A stretch of DNA of 64,000 bases from Scyliorhinus canicula. Its lineage: Eukaryota. The stretch's first letter is position 1. Each line of letters starts with the position of its first letter. The notes beneath the pieces were generated by a model. The model saw nothing but the letters and a program-made list of their open reading frames with translations, had not been told where the DNA came from and did not search any database. The stretch covers positions 162,139,988 through 162,203,987 of the forward strand of contig NC_052154.1 in NCBI RefSeq assembly GCF_902713615.1. Reading direction: 5' to 3'. The position numbers were made by a program, and so were the translations under genes. Below are positions 48,458 to 60,490 of this stretch, in pieces.

Positions 48458-49066
48458 GGGTGGGATTCTGTGATCCTGAGGCTAAGTGTTGACGCGGTCA
48501 GAAACACCGTCGTGTTTCTCGACGGTGTCAACACGGCCTCAGGATCAGCAATTATGGCCCCTACAGGAGGCCAGCACAGCACTGGAGTGGTTTATGCTGC
48601 TCCAGCTGCTGATCCAGTCGTAAACTGGGTGCCGCGGAATCCGCGCATGCGCAGTGGCTCTCTTCAACGCGCTGGCCCCGACGCAACATGGCGCAGGGCT
48701 ACAGGGGCCGGCCCCGATCGCGGACCAGGCCACATTGGTGCCCCCCCCCCCCCCCGGGTCGGACCCCACTCTTCCCCCCACCCCCACAGGCCTCCCGACC
48801 ATTCCACGGCGAGTTCCCGCTGGCTGAGAGCAGGTGTGGATGTCGCCGGTGGGACTCGGGTTTTTTACGATGGCCGCTCGGCCGAGAATCGGCGAGGGGG
48901 CCGCATAGAATGGCCCTCGACCGGTGCCGTGCCAACCACGCCTGCGCCAATGGCACCGATTCTCCACTCTGTGGAGAATCGCGCGCAGGCATCGGGGTGG
49001 CGAGGCGCGATTCGCACCAGTCGCGGGGATTCTCTGGCCCTGCCCTGGTCTGAGAGAATCCCACCC
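48458..49066. mobile_element. CpG-rich MITE, 3-bp TSD AGT
   Basis: GGGTGGGATTCT...AGAATCCCACCC; AGT at 48455-48457 and 49067-49069. Confidence 0.85.
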
Positions 49067-49319
49067 AGTATTTTGTTTCTGGGTCAACTTAGTAAAATAC
49101 AAAATTAAAGGTAAAAAGACGATTGAAAGCGTAAATGATGTAAGCAGTCAAAAGCAGAATCTTTACGGTCTAGAAAGATGGTGTTTAATGAGGGCAACAT
49201 CATCAAGTGAAATAAAATATTAGATGGTAAGGATAAACCAGTTTATTCCTTCAAATTAAGTCAAGGCAGAAGGATCAGAAGACATAAATGGAAATGAATG
49301 CCAAATGCGTTTAGGAGAG

Positions 49320-51830
49320 TCAAACAGTACAGAAGATATCCTTCGGTCCTTTGAGTCTGCGCCGACAAAACTATATTAAATCTACATTAATCCCACTTCC
49401 CAGCTCTTGAGCCATAACCTTGAACGTTATGACATTTCAAGTGCTCATCCATGTATTTTGTAAAGGTTGTGAGGTTTCCTGCCGATGCTACCCTCCCAGG
49501 CAATGCATTCCAGACTGCACCACCCTCTGGGTGAAAAAGCTTTTCCTCAATTCCCCTCTAAACCTCCTACTCCTCACCCTAAAAGGGAACAACTGCTCCC
49601 TATCTACCTTGTCCATACCCCTCATAATCTTATACACTTAATCAGTTCCCCCTCAGCCTTCTCTGCTCAAAAGAAAACAACCTGAGCCTACCCAACCTCA
49701 CTTCATAGATCAAATGGTCCATCCCAGGTAACATTCTGGTGAATCCGGACCTGAGGATTTGTCCACTTTTCAGCCCACTAAAACCTCCAATACCTCCTCA
49801 CTTCCTATGTCGAACTATTCAAGAGCCTCACAGTCCCTCTCGTACCTACATCCTCCTTCTCCCATGTGTAGACTTGTGAAATACTTGTTTAACACCCTAC
49901 CAATGTCCTCTGGTTCCACTCACAGGTTGTCCCTTGGCCCCTAATGGGTCTTATTCCTTCCTTGGTTACCCTCTTCCACTTAATATACTTATGGAATATT
50001 TTAGGATTCTCCCAAATCTTACCCACCAGTGCTTTTTCATGCCACCTTTTTGCTCTCCTAATTTATTTCTTAAATTCCCCTGCACTTTCTATAGTCCACT
50101 AAAGCTTCCAATGGTTTGCTTGCCTTGTACCTGCTAAAAACCTCTCTATTCTTTCTTATCCAGTCCTGAATTATCCCTCGACATCCAGGTTTTCTGGGCT
50201 TGTTGCTCCTATGTTTCACCCTAAAGGAAACATGTTGGGCCTGTATTCTTCTCTATTTCCTTTATGAACCCCCCCCCCCCCCCCCCCCCCCCCCCGGCCA
50301 CCCCGCCCACCCCACTGCTGTGCTATAGACTTTCCAACAACAAGCTGTTCCCAGTTAACTGTGGGCAGCACGGTAGCATTGTGGATAGCGCATTCGCTTC
50401 AGAGCTCCAGGGTCCCAGGTTTGATTCCCGGCTTGGGTCACTGTCTATGCGGAGTCTGCACATCTTCCCCGTATGTGCGTGGGTTTCCTCCGGGTGCTCC
50501 TGTTTCCTCCCACAGTCCAAAGATGTGCAGGTTAGGTGGATTGGCCATGCTAAATTGCCCTTAGTGTCCAAAATTGCCCTTAGTGTTGGGTGGGGTTACT
50601 GGGTTATGGGGATAGGGTGGCGGTGTTAACCTTGGGTAGGGTGCTCTTTCCAGGAGCCGGTGCAGACTCGATGGGCCGAATGGCCTCTTTCTGCACTGTA
50701 AATTCTATGTAATCTATGTAATATCCTGGCTTCTTTTAATGAAATCTGCCTTCCGCAATCCAAAACCGTTTTTTGCAGACTATCTTTTTTCTTTTTCGTT
50801 GCAAACTTAAATGGTACTGTGTTGTGTTCACTACACTAAAATGCTCCCCCACTGCGACCTCGAACACCTACCTGGTTTCGACCCCCAGAATTAGATACAG
50901 CACTGCGCCGTCCCTTGCTGGAACCTGCCACATATTGATAGAACAAGCTCTCCTGAATACTTTTCAAGAAATCCGCCGCCTCTAAACCTTTTACACAATG
51001 GCTATCCCAATTAATGTTGTAGAAATTGAAATGTCCGAATATAAATGACCCTATTCTCATTTTTAAACACTTGTACATTGTCTACTGAATTAATTTAAAC
51101 ACCTTCCAGCAGCAGTAGTAAACCCAGACACAAGGGTGTTGGGTTCATTCTGGTTCTGGGACAGACCACCCGGCTTGTACATGTCCCAACTTCCCTGAAA
51201 CGGCCTCCATGGCCCTGGAATCTAAAACCATTCTTCCTGCACCATGACCTCTGACATATCATCCTCACCCTTTTGGACGTCCTGCAGCCATTGAGTGACT
51301 TACCTGACCCTAACGCCAGGGAGCCAACACACCATCTTGGAGTCACGTCTGTGGCCGCAGAAATGCCTGTCTGTTCCCCTAACTAATGAATTCCCTATTA
51401 CTATTGCTCCTTCTTCCTCCCCTCTGGTGCTTGTGGTGCCAGAGGCTTAGCTCTGACTGCACTCCCGTAAAGAACTAGCGTCCGCACCAGCTTCCAAAGT
51501 GGGAAACCTATTTATAGCAGGATCCTAGTGGATTCCTGCACTACCTGCTTGTTTCTCTCGGACAGCCCGGTGATCACCCTTCATTCCTCCAGTTCCCTGA
51601 GCTGTGGTGTGATCACATCTCTAAATGTGCTATCCACGTAACTCTTAGCTTCTCGGATGTGCCACAGTATCTCCAGCCGCTGCTTGAGCTCCAAAACCTG
51701 GAGCCCAAATTCCTGCAGTTAGGAGCACGTCTTGAACATGTGATACTCTAGGATGCCAGCAGAGTTTATGACTTCCCACATGACAGATCACAAATTCCAC
51801 TTGGCTGACCTTACCCGCCATGCCTTAACT
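49320..51830 (-). mobile_element. Internally deleted CR1 LINE with remnants of ORF1 (SGNH esterase), endonuclease and 3' end
   Basis: Minus strand near 51290-51407 reads AIVIGNSLVRGTDRHFCGHRRDSKMVCWLPGVRV; also RSWCRKNGFRF, and GHFNFYNINWD...FLKSIQESL (endonuclease). Confidence 0.8.
50362..50720 (+). mobile_element. Young HE1/V-SINE inside the CR1
   Basis: Near-intact head, V-domain and tail. Confidence 0.9.
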
Positions 51831-51903
51831 TAAGCGTACTTTGTGTTGCTTGCTAACCTTCCTAATTACTTTGTCTTAAAAGGCACTCTTTTTACCTTTA
51901 CAT

Positions 51904-52827
51904 TGGATGCAATTCTCCAGCCGCACTGTGCTCAAGGGAGAGCGCAATGTGGCTGGAGAATCTCAGGGAAGCCCTCCAGCATGCCTCCCGACAGGCTCCG
52001 CGCCTCGCGGGATTCTCGGGTCCTGCGAGATGTCAGAGTCGGAACCCGCCCCAAATGGGCAGGACCAAATGACGCTCACGGAAGTAGGTCTTAAACCTAC
52101 TTACGACCTACCTGCGCGGGATCCATCATCCTCCCATGATTCTTCGACCTCCCCATGAAGGCTGCGGCTGAGCGCCGATCAGTACTGGTCTACACAATCG
52201 TGGACCAGGCGGAACAGCACCCAGGGGCTCTCCCGGGCCAGTGGAGGCACCTGGGTGGTCAGTGTACTTGCAGGGCAGCCCCTTGGCTCTCCCTGGAACG
52301 TGGGCACCTTGGCACTGCTGAGTTGGCACCTTTGCACTGTAAGGGGGCTTGGGGATTCTGAAGAGGGGTGACCCCCAGGGACCCCATTGCAGGATATCCT
52401 CACTTGGGGGCTATGGGGTAGTGTCCATGTGTGTGGGGGGTGACATTGCCTATGGGTGGGGGTGTAGCTCACATAGAAATCGGAACACACTTTCAAAATG
52501 CTGCCTGATCTCGGGGTTCAGTTCCCCACTGCTAAAAAATTTTTTAAGTGTGGGCTAAACCGGTTAGAAACTCCCCAGGGCCCAAAAAAGTGACCAAGGG
52601 CTGGATTCCACCCTGCCTGCCTCGAGGATGCCACAGGCAAGCCCCGTACAATGGAGAATTCCATTGATCTCGGGCAGGATTCTCTGGTTACCGGGTGAAC
52701 ACGGCCAGAGAATCCTGCGCTAAGTGTCATTGAATAGCAGTGAGGAACTCGCCAGCAGAGCCGGCGGTAAACTCCCTGAAAAACCCATCACAAATTAACT
52801 TAGAAATTTTTTGGGAGAATCAGGCCC
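51904..52827. mobile_element. Non-autonomous TIR element (family of 3842-4818) carrying a nested mini-MITE
   Basis: Ends ...GCAATTCTCC and GGAGAATCAGGCCC; collinear with the 3.8-kb copy. Confidence 0.7.
52598..52720. mobile_element. 123-bp mini-MITE, TSD (C/T)AA
   Basis: GGGCTGGATTC...GAATCCTGCGC; the empty site AAGTGACTAAGTGT is seen in the paralogous copy near 4711. Confidence 0.75.
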
Positions 52828-53206
52828 ATAGTCTCCTTGTCAAATTCTACCTCAACCTTACTTATCTTTGTATTAGTTACTTTAATAACTTGTCATTTTA
52901 TTATGCTGGATCAGACATATTTTACTTTTCTCTGGAGCTTCTCAATCAATCCCTTAATATTACACTTTTCTAATTTACTATTATTTTGGATCAGTCCCTA
53001 ATGGTCCTCACCAGCCAAGTTCAGGTCACGCAACCTTACCTACCCTATCATCTGCTTCTTCTTCTCCTGTGTTACTTTCTGGATCCTGATGTCATGTCAG
53101 GAGCTCCTCCTCTGGATTCAATGAGGATTTTCCACCATTCCGATCAGCTGCTCTCCCCCCAGGTTCACTCACTCTTCAGCCCCTCGTGCTCTGTGCCGGA
53201 TATCAG

Positions 53207-53374
53207 AGAGCTGGATTCTCCACCGGCCGGATGCTCCGTTTTGCCAGCAGCCGGGGGGTTTCCCGACAGCGTGGGGCTGCCCCACAATGGGAAACCCCAT
53301 TGACTAACCGGCGTAACAGAGCATCCCGCCGGCGGGGTGAAGCAGAAATGTAGCGGGGCGGAGCTTCCCGCCCC
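53207..53374. mobile_element. Short MITE of the same TIR superfamily
   Basis: GAGCTGGATTCTCC...TCCCGCCC; similar older short copies near 1075-1197, 2968-3135 and 16707-16910. Confidence 0.6.
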
Positions 53375-56044
53375 AGATTTTCTTCATTTAAATTGTGATA
53401 AGGATTTGGAATAATCTAACAAATAATCTCTTTAAACAGCTGGTGAAAGCAAAGAGACAAACATTTCTTTAGTCAATGTGGAGCTATGGTACAGATAAGG
53501 CCTATATTTTACTTTTTATGTTTAATAGCTTTGAAGAGTTTTTTTTTAATGTGATCAGCCTGAGTTTCTTGCCTTGCTAAACAAAAAGCCACCAGTTTAG
53601 CCAACAGGCATAGTGGACAGAATTTTACAATACCCCGCCAGAGGGCTTACAGGCAGGGGTACCCGTGATATTCAATCTCCGCTGCCTGTCCGCAGAAATT
53701 TTACAGGGTGGGGCATGTGTGGCCGAGTGCGGCCATTTGCCCTTGCCCCAATTGAGTGGCCAGTTAATTGTCACTTGTCACCCAGCTGCAACTTTAAGGC
53801 TCGTAGGAGGAGGGATGAGGGATAAACCTGCTCTCAAAGCCTTGGTAGGAAAATGGTGTCACCTCCAACATTGGCCCCTCTTTCCTGATCAGGGCATCAC
53901 TCTCCCCCACCCCTCTTCCCCCCCCCCCCTTCCCCCACCAAGGTCTGCCTCCCCCACTCTCTGCTCCCCTCCCCCACCCTTTTGAAGACAAACCCCGCCT
54001 GCATCAGCCCTCCTCACAGCCTCTCCCACCCTCAAGAATTAAGGGACTGGTATTGTGAATAGCATTTAGGTTAAGGCATACAAATGATCGCATATACCCA
54101 GAGTGGAAAATGTTCAGTGATCGCAGGAAACCAAACAAATGTTGGAACACTGGGAATGTCCAGTCACAGACACAATGGTACCCATTCCGAATACTCATCT
54201 TGCAGAATCAAGTATTGTGGATTGCTGAGACAGGCAGCAACTGAAGCTGAAGGTCAACACTGTGGGGAAGCAGGAGCCACATCTTAGTCCAGTGTAGTGT
54301 CCGGCTGACAAAGCCGGAAGTATTGCCTGCGATTTTCCAAACCCCAAGAGCCCACTGGCAGATCAGCGGTTTGTAGCACTGACGGGGATCAAAAGGCAGA
54401 GCTCCGTGGGCCAATTCACATTGAGAAGCGGGCGGATCTGTCTGGCTGGCTGCTGTTTGGACACTACTGGCTTGGAATTTCTAATATCTCTCTCAATAAT
54501 TCAACATACAGTTCTTTTATTTCTCTCAATTCAGCACCTTAATTTATGCTGTAATGAAATGAGCAATTCTTTTCAGAGAAGTGATGATTGGTATTTGTAC
54601 AGCATTAATATGATTTAATCGAACACTGATTGATCATCACCCTCAAACCACCCCTCCCTCAATTGATATCAACAGGGACTCGTGATTGCATTATCCATAA
54701 AATGAAGAGTTAAATATAACACCATAAATATCAAATTATACTATAATTATTAATGTAAAATTAGCTCTTAACATTGAACTGTTTCTATTATGAAGGAGTG
54801 TTTTGCTTATTTAACTTGTGATAGTTACTCAGCCATATCCGTTTGCCACTCTCGAGTTTATCTCATTGATTATGGTTTTGTTAGAAATTCAAATCCCTCT
54901 ATTTCTCTTGATGTATGTCTGAGTTTATGTTAAATTTGAAATATTTATTGGAAATATATGTCAATCCATTTCATTCAATTAGTTATTTATTATATGTTCA
55001 AATACTCTATCTCAATATTTATTAGTAATGTAATTTTGACACAAAATCTGGGACCATGCCTACATGGGGAGGTTAACTCTTTCTGAACAGTTGTGAGTTA
55101 CTTTAACATGCAGATTATCTCTGACATGACTGCCTCAAAAAGGGATTCCTTCCTACTGAATAATAGATCTGTACCTTGAAAGGATGGTGTGGAATGTTCG
55201 AGCTTGAATCGTCTGATCAAATTACTCTGCTGTTTTAAAAATTTAATATATTTTTTAAAAAATGAATGGGAAGGCGTTTCATATACTGTAAACACATTAA
55301 ACCTTTGTTTGCTAAGATCCCAGTAGGGAATTTTAAGGTCTGAATTTTAGTACGATATAGAGATGCAGAAACAGGGATATATTCATGGCAAACAACTAGT
55401 GATTGCACAAAAGTATGGAACGACAATACCCTTCAATTCTCTGGGTATTACATTTTGTTTGATTACACTCAAATAGTAGATAACATTTGGTTCCAAATGG
55501 TTGCTATGCCCAAGCTTTGTCTTTATTTATTACTTTTCAACCGTTAATTCTTCATGAAATTAAATTTTTAAGATGATATTTTCACAAATGATCGGCTTAC
55601 CAAAAATTAATTAATTTTTTGAATAGCTGGTTGAAGACTAGAATCGGGTAAAAGACCAAATCCACTTCCATTCACTTCAATTGTACAGAACGCCTGATCT
55701 GATAAACATGAAAATGCAAACTTAAAATGCAAGTTCAAAATATTCTGCAGCTTTCGAGCGCACTTTAAAAGTCCATTCTGACGTCCAGGTTTATGAAGTA
55801 CGCTTGTGTTTGCGTTGACATTGAACTGCTGAATGAATGTGGAAGTGGGTGAGGAGATGCAGAAATGCCACTTTGCAATTTTATTCACAGTTTCTACAAT
55901 CCTGAATTCAAGCATGACACCCGAGAAGCACTCATGTGCATTTTATCGAACTCAGTTGGATTAAAACACGTTTCCACTTTCAGCAATGATGTGCTAAAGC
56001 CCTGGTACCATCCAGTGAGATAAAAAGATTGAAACATACTTCGT

Positions 56045-56815
56045 AAGACCACAGGATATAGGAGCAGAATTAGGCCATTTGGCCCATGGAGTCTGCTTTG
56101 CCATTCAATCATGGCTGATATGTTTCTCGTCCCCATTCTGCTGCTTTTTCCCCGTAACCCCTGATCGCCTTATTAATCAAGAACCTATCTATCTCTGTCT
56201 CAAAGACACTCAGTGAAATTGCCTCCACAGCCTCCTCCGGCAATGAGTTCCACAGATTCACCGCCCTCTGGCTGAAGAAATTCCTCCTGATCTCAGTTTT
56301 AAAGGATTGTCCCTCAGGTTCTAGTCTCTCCTCCTAGTGGAAACATCATCTCCATGTTCACTCTGTCTAGGCCTCTCCGTATTCTGTAAGTTTCAATAAG
56401 AACCCCCCCTCATCCTTCTAAACTCCATTGAGTCCTCAACCGCTCCTCATGTGAAGAGCCCTTCATTCCTGGGATCATTCTTGTGAACCTCCACTGCACC
56501 CCTTCCCAGGCCTGCACATCCTTCCTTACATATGGGTCCAAAATTACTCACAATACTCCAAATGGGGTCTGGCCAGAGTCTTATACAACCTCAACAGTAA
56601 ATCCCTGCTCTTGTATTCTAACCCTCTGAAATGAAAACTAACATTGCATTTGCCTTCCTAACTGCCAATTGAACCTGCTAGTTAACCTTAAGAGAATCCT
56701 GAACTAGGACTCCTACGTCCTGTTGTGCTTCAGATTTTTGAAGCCTTTACCCATTTGGAAAATAGTCTCTGCATTATACTTCCTACCAAGGTGCATTAAC
56801 CTCTCACTTCTCCAC
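56045..56815 (-). mobile_element. CR1 3' fragment
   Basis: Tail ATAGGAGCAGAATTAGGCCATTTGGCCC and GAAGAAATTCCTCCTGATCTC motifs. Confidence 0.85.
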
Positions 56816-57499
56816 AAGAGGCACATTTTTACTTATGGAGCTTACAATACTGGTTTGGGTTGGGAGTGCTCCTGTTAAAGACAGTACACTAAGAGACTGC
56901 ATCAGATTTGCTAAGAGAAAAGTTGAGTGTTCATAACAGTTCAATCAATAGCTAGAAGAAGGTGTTAGTTTCACCTTTTCAATTGTGATTCATTATCAAC
57001 CGATTTGCTTGGATGGAAAGTATTGTCAGTATTTTGTCAGTTTTAGTGAGGAGCTGAAGGATATTAGTATTTGTCGAGAAATGGTTTTGAAGAAATGAAT
57101 GGGATTGAAGGCGGATAATATCCAGGGCTTGATAATCTTCATCGCAGAATACTTAAGCAAGTAGCCCAAGAAATAAATGATCCATTGGTGGTAATTTTCC
57201 AAAACTTTTTGGACTTTGGAATGGTTCCTACAGATTGGAGGCTAGCTAATATAACCCTGCTGTTCATAAAGGGAGGTAGAGAGAAAACAGGGAACGATAG
57301 ACCAGTGAGCCTAACGTCGGCAGTAGGGAAGCTGTTAGAGTCCATTATCAAGGATTTTATAGCACAACATTTGGAAAGCAGTGGTATAATCAGACAAAAT
57401 CAGCATTGATTTATGAAAGGGAAATCATGCTTGACAAGTATACTAGAATTATTTGAAGATGTAACTAGTAGAGTTGACCAGGGAGAACTGGTGGATGTG

Positions 57500-58118
57500 G
57501 GCCAGGATTCTCCGAAAGTGTTGACACCGGCGTAAACACCGGAGTGGTGTGCACCGGCATCAACGGGCCTCCTGGCCCAGCAATTCACCGCTGTTCAGGG
57601 ACTAGGATGGTGCCGGAGAGCTGTGCACTGCTCCGGCAATGAAAGGCAGCCCTGCCCGGCCTGTGCGGGTCCGCGCATGCGGCGACGGCCGTCTCCGCGC
57701 AGGAGCATGCGCGTGGTTGCTGTCTCTGCGCCGGCGTGGAGCAGTGTGTCGGGGACTTTACGATCGGATGCCTCCGATCACGGGCCTGGACCCCGTGGAG
57801 GCCCCCCCTGGAGTCAGATCCCCCCGCGCCCCCACCAGGACATCCACAGCGGCCACGGGTCCGAGCTCCCGCCGGGTGGTACCTGGTTAGAACCATACCG
57901 ACGGGACTCGGCGTGAGTTCGGCCCCTCGCCCGTGGCGATTCATCGCGGGGGCTCTATTTCAGTGGCCCCTGACCGGCGCCGCAGAGACCGAGCAGGCGT
58001 GATTGGCGGCAATTCTCCGGTCGCCGGAGAATCTGCGACCCGGCGTCGGAGCGGCGTGGCAGGAATTTCCCGCACCCTCGGCGATTCCAACCCGGCGCAG
58101 GCTCGGAGAATCCCGCCT
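57500..58118. mobile_element. CpG-rich MITE, 3-bp TSD GTG
   Basis: GGCCAGGATTCTCC...GGAGAATCCCGCCT; removing it plus one GTG restores CR1 GTG GAT GTG GTT TAT TTA (VDVVYL). Confidence 0.9.
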
Positions 58119-58582
58119 GTGGTTTATTTAGATTTTCACAAGGCTTTCGACAAGGTCTCACACAGCAGATTACAATGTAACGTTAAAGCACATGGGAATG
58201 TGAGTAGTGTCTCGAGATGGATAGAAAACTGGTTAGCAGACAGGAAGCAAACAGTTGGAATAAGTGGGTCTTTTTCCGATTGGCACGCAGTGACTAGTGG
58301 GGTACCGCAGGGATTTTTGCGAGGACCCCAATTGCTCACATCTACAAGATACAAGCCAGGAGTGTAATGGAATACTATCCACTTGCCTGGATGAGTACAG
58401 TTCCAGCAACAATCAAGAAGCAGAGATGCTTCAGCAGGATTTGGACAGGCTGAGTGAGTGGGCTTGTGCATGGAAAATGCTGTATAGTGTGGATAAATGT
58501 ATGGATGAATATGGGTATAGAGGGATACGGCACTAGGAAGTGCTGAGAGTTTTGGCCAAGGGTGGTATCATGCCCTGGTATC

Positions 58583-58912
58583 AGGGCAGCACAGTAGCAC
58601 AGTGGTTAGCACAGTTGCTTCACAGCTCCAGGGTCCCAGGCTCGATTCCCGGCTTGGGTCACTGTCTGTGCGTAGTCTGCACATTCTCCCCGTGTCTCCG
58701 GTTTCCTCCCACAGTCCAAAGATGTGCAGGTTAGGTGGATTGGCTATGCGAAATTGCCCTTCGTGTCCAAAAACGTTTAGGTGGGGTTACAGGCATAGGA
58801 TGGAGGTATAAGGATAGGGTGAAGGTGTGGGCTTAGGCACTCTTTCCAAGCGCCAGTGCAGACCTGATGAGCCGAATAGCCTCCTTCTGCACTGTAAATT
58901 CTATGATTCTAT
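58583..58912 (+). mobile_element. HE1/V-SINE
   Basis: Head, V-domain and TTCTATGA tail. Confidence 0.9.
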
Positions 58913-59939
58913 GACCGGTGCAGGCTTGGAGGGCTGAAGCGCCTTTCCTGTGCTGTATTGTTCTTTGTTCTTTATCCGCTTCGGTAGAAAAAATAGGAAG
59001 GCAAATTATTATTTGAATGGGTGGAAATAGAGAGAGGTGGATACTCAGCGAGACGTCGGTGGTCACGCGCATCAGTCTCTGAAAGTAAGCATGCAGGTAC
59101 AGCAGGCAGTAAAGAAGGCAAATGGTATGTTGGCCTTCATAGCAAGAGAATTTGAATGTAGGAATAGGGATGTTTCACTCCAATTGTATAAGGCATTGGG
59201 GAGGCCACACCTGGAGCATTGTGTGCAGTTTCGGTGTCCTTATCTGAGGAAGGATGTTCTTGCTTTGGAGAGAGTGCAGCGAAGGTTTACCAGACTAATT
59301 CCTGGAATTGCGGAACTGTCATATCAGGAAAGACGAGGTCGGTTAGGATTATATTAATTGGAGTTTAGAAGAGCGAGAGGGGAAAATCTAGAAATTTATA
59401 AAATTCTAACCGGACTAGACAGGGTAGATTTAGAAAGAAATGTTTCCGATGGTGAGGGAGTCCAGAACGAAGGGTCATAGTTTGAGGATAAGTGGTAAAC
59501 CTTTCAGGTCTAAGGTGAGGAGAAATTTCTTCACCCAGAGAGTGATGAATCTGCGGCATTCACTACCACAGAAAGTAGTTGAGGCCAAAATGTTGTGTAA
59601 TTTCATGAATAAGTTAGATATAACTCTTGGGGCTAAAGGGATCAAGGGATATGGAGGGGGAAGGCTGGATCAGGGTATTGAACTTGATGATCAGCCATGA
59701 TCATAATGAATGGTGGAGCAGGCTCAGAGGGCTGAATGGCCTCCTCCTGCTTCTAGTTTCTATGTATGTTTCTATTTCTGACACTACTCCAAACCCCTGA
59801 ATAGTTGGAGATGGAAACATTTGTTATCACAGCTGGTGTGTTTGGGGAAAAGGGAGAACTAAGTGACAAAAATGATGAATCAGGCTAGTTTTTAAAGCAA
59901 GTCACTCGACAACCTACTTAGGAACCTTTTTTTTTCTTT

Positions 59940-60216
59940 TTTTCTTGTCACAAGTCGGCTTACATTAACACTGCAATGAAGTTACTGTGAAAAGCCCCTA
60001 GTCGCCACATTCCGGCTCCTGTTCGGGTACACGGGGAGAATTCAGAATGTCCAAATGACCTAATAACGTCTTTTGGGACTTGTGTGAGGAAACTGAAGCA
60101 CCCGGAGGAAACCTACGCAGACTCTGGGAGAACGTGCAGACTCCGCACAAACTGACCCAAGCTGGGACCCTGGTGCTGTGAAGCCATAGTGCTAACCACT
60201 ATGCTATCGTGCAGCC
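59940..60216 (-). mobile_element. V-SINE with a different 3' tail; an isolated copy of this tail is at ~9330-9390 (+)
   Basis: GGCTTACATTAACACTGCAATGAAGTTA tail plus V-domain. Confidence 0.8.
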
Positions 60217-60269
60217 ACATTGCATCATGATAGCCATACATTTTATAAGATTTTTACCCTTAACCTTTT

Positions 60270-60490
60270 TTTTGTAAGTTTAGAGTACCCAATTATTTTT
60301 TTCCAATTAAGGGGCAATTTAGTGTTGCCAATCCACCTAGCCTGTACATTTTTTGGGTTGTGGGGGCGAAGCCCAGGCAAACACGGGGAGGTGCAAACTC
60401 CACACGGAAGGTGACCCAGAGCCGGGATAGAACCTGGGACCTTGGCGCCGTGAAGCTGCAGTGCTAGCCACTGTGCCACCGTGCTGCCCT
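60270..60490 (-). mobile_element. Short SINE subfamily copy
   Basis: Flanking near-duplication TACC(C/T)T(T/C)AACCTTTT; tRNA-like head. Confidence 0.85.

Larger units (their letters stand above)
57090..59772 (+). mobile_element. CR1 LINE ORF2 (RT) remnant with nested MITE and SINE
   Basis: VPTDWRLANITLLFIKG, RPVSLTSAVGKLLE, VYLDFHKAFDKV, VTSGVPQG, RPHLEHCVQF and RRNFFTQRV motifs. Confidence 0.95.
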
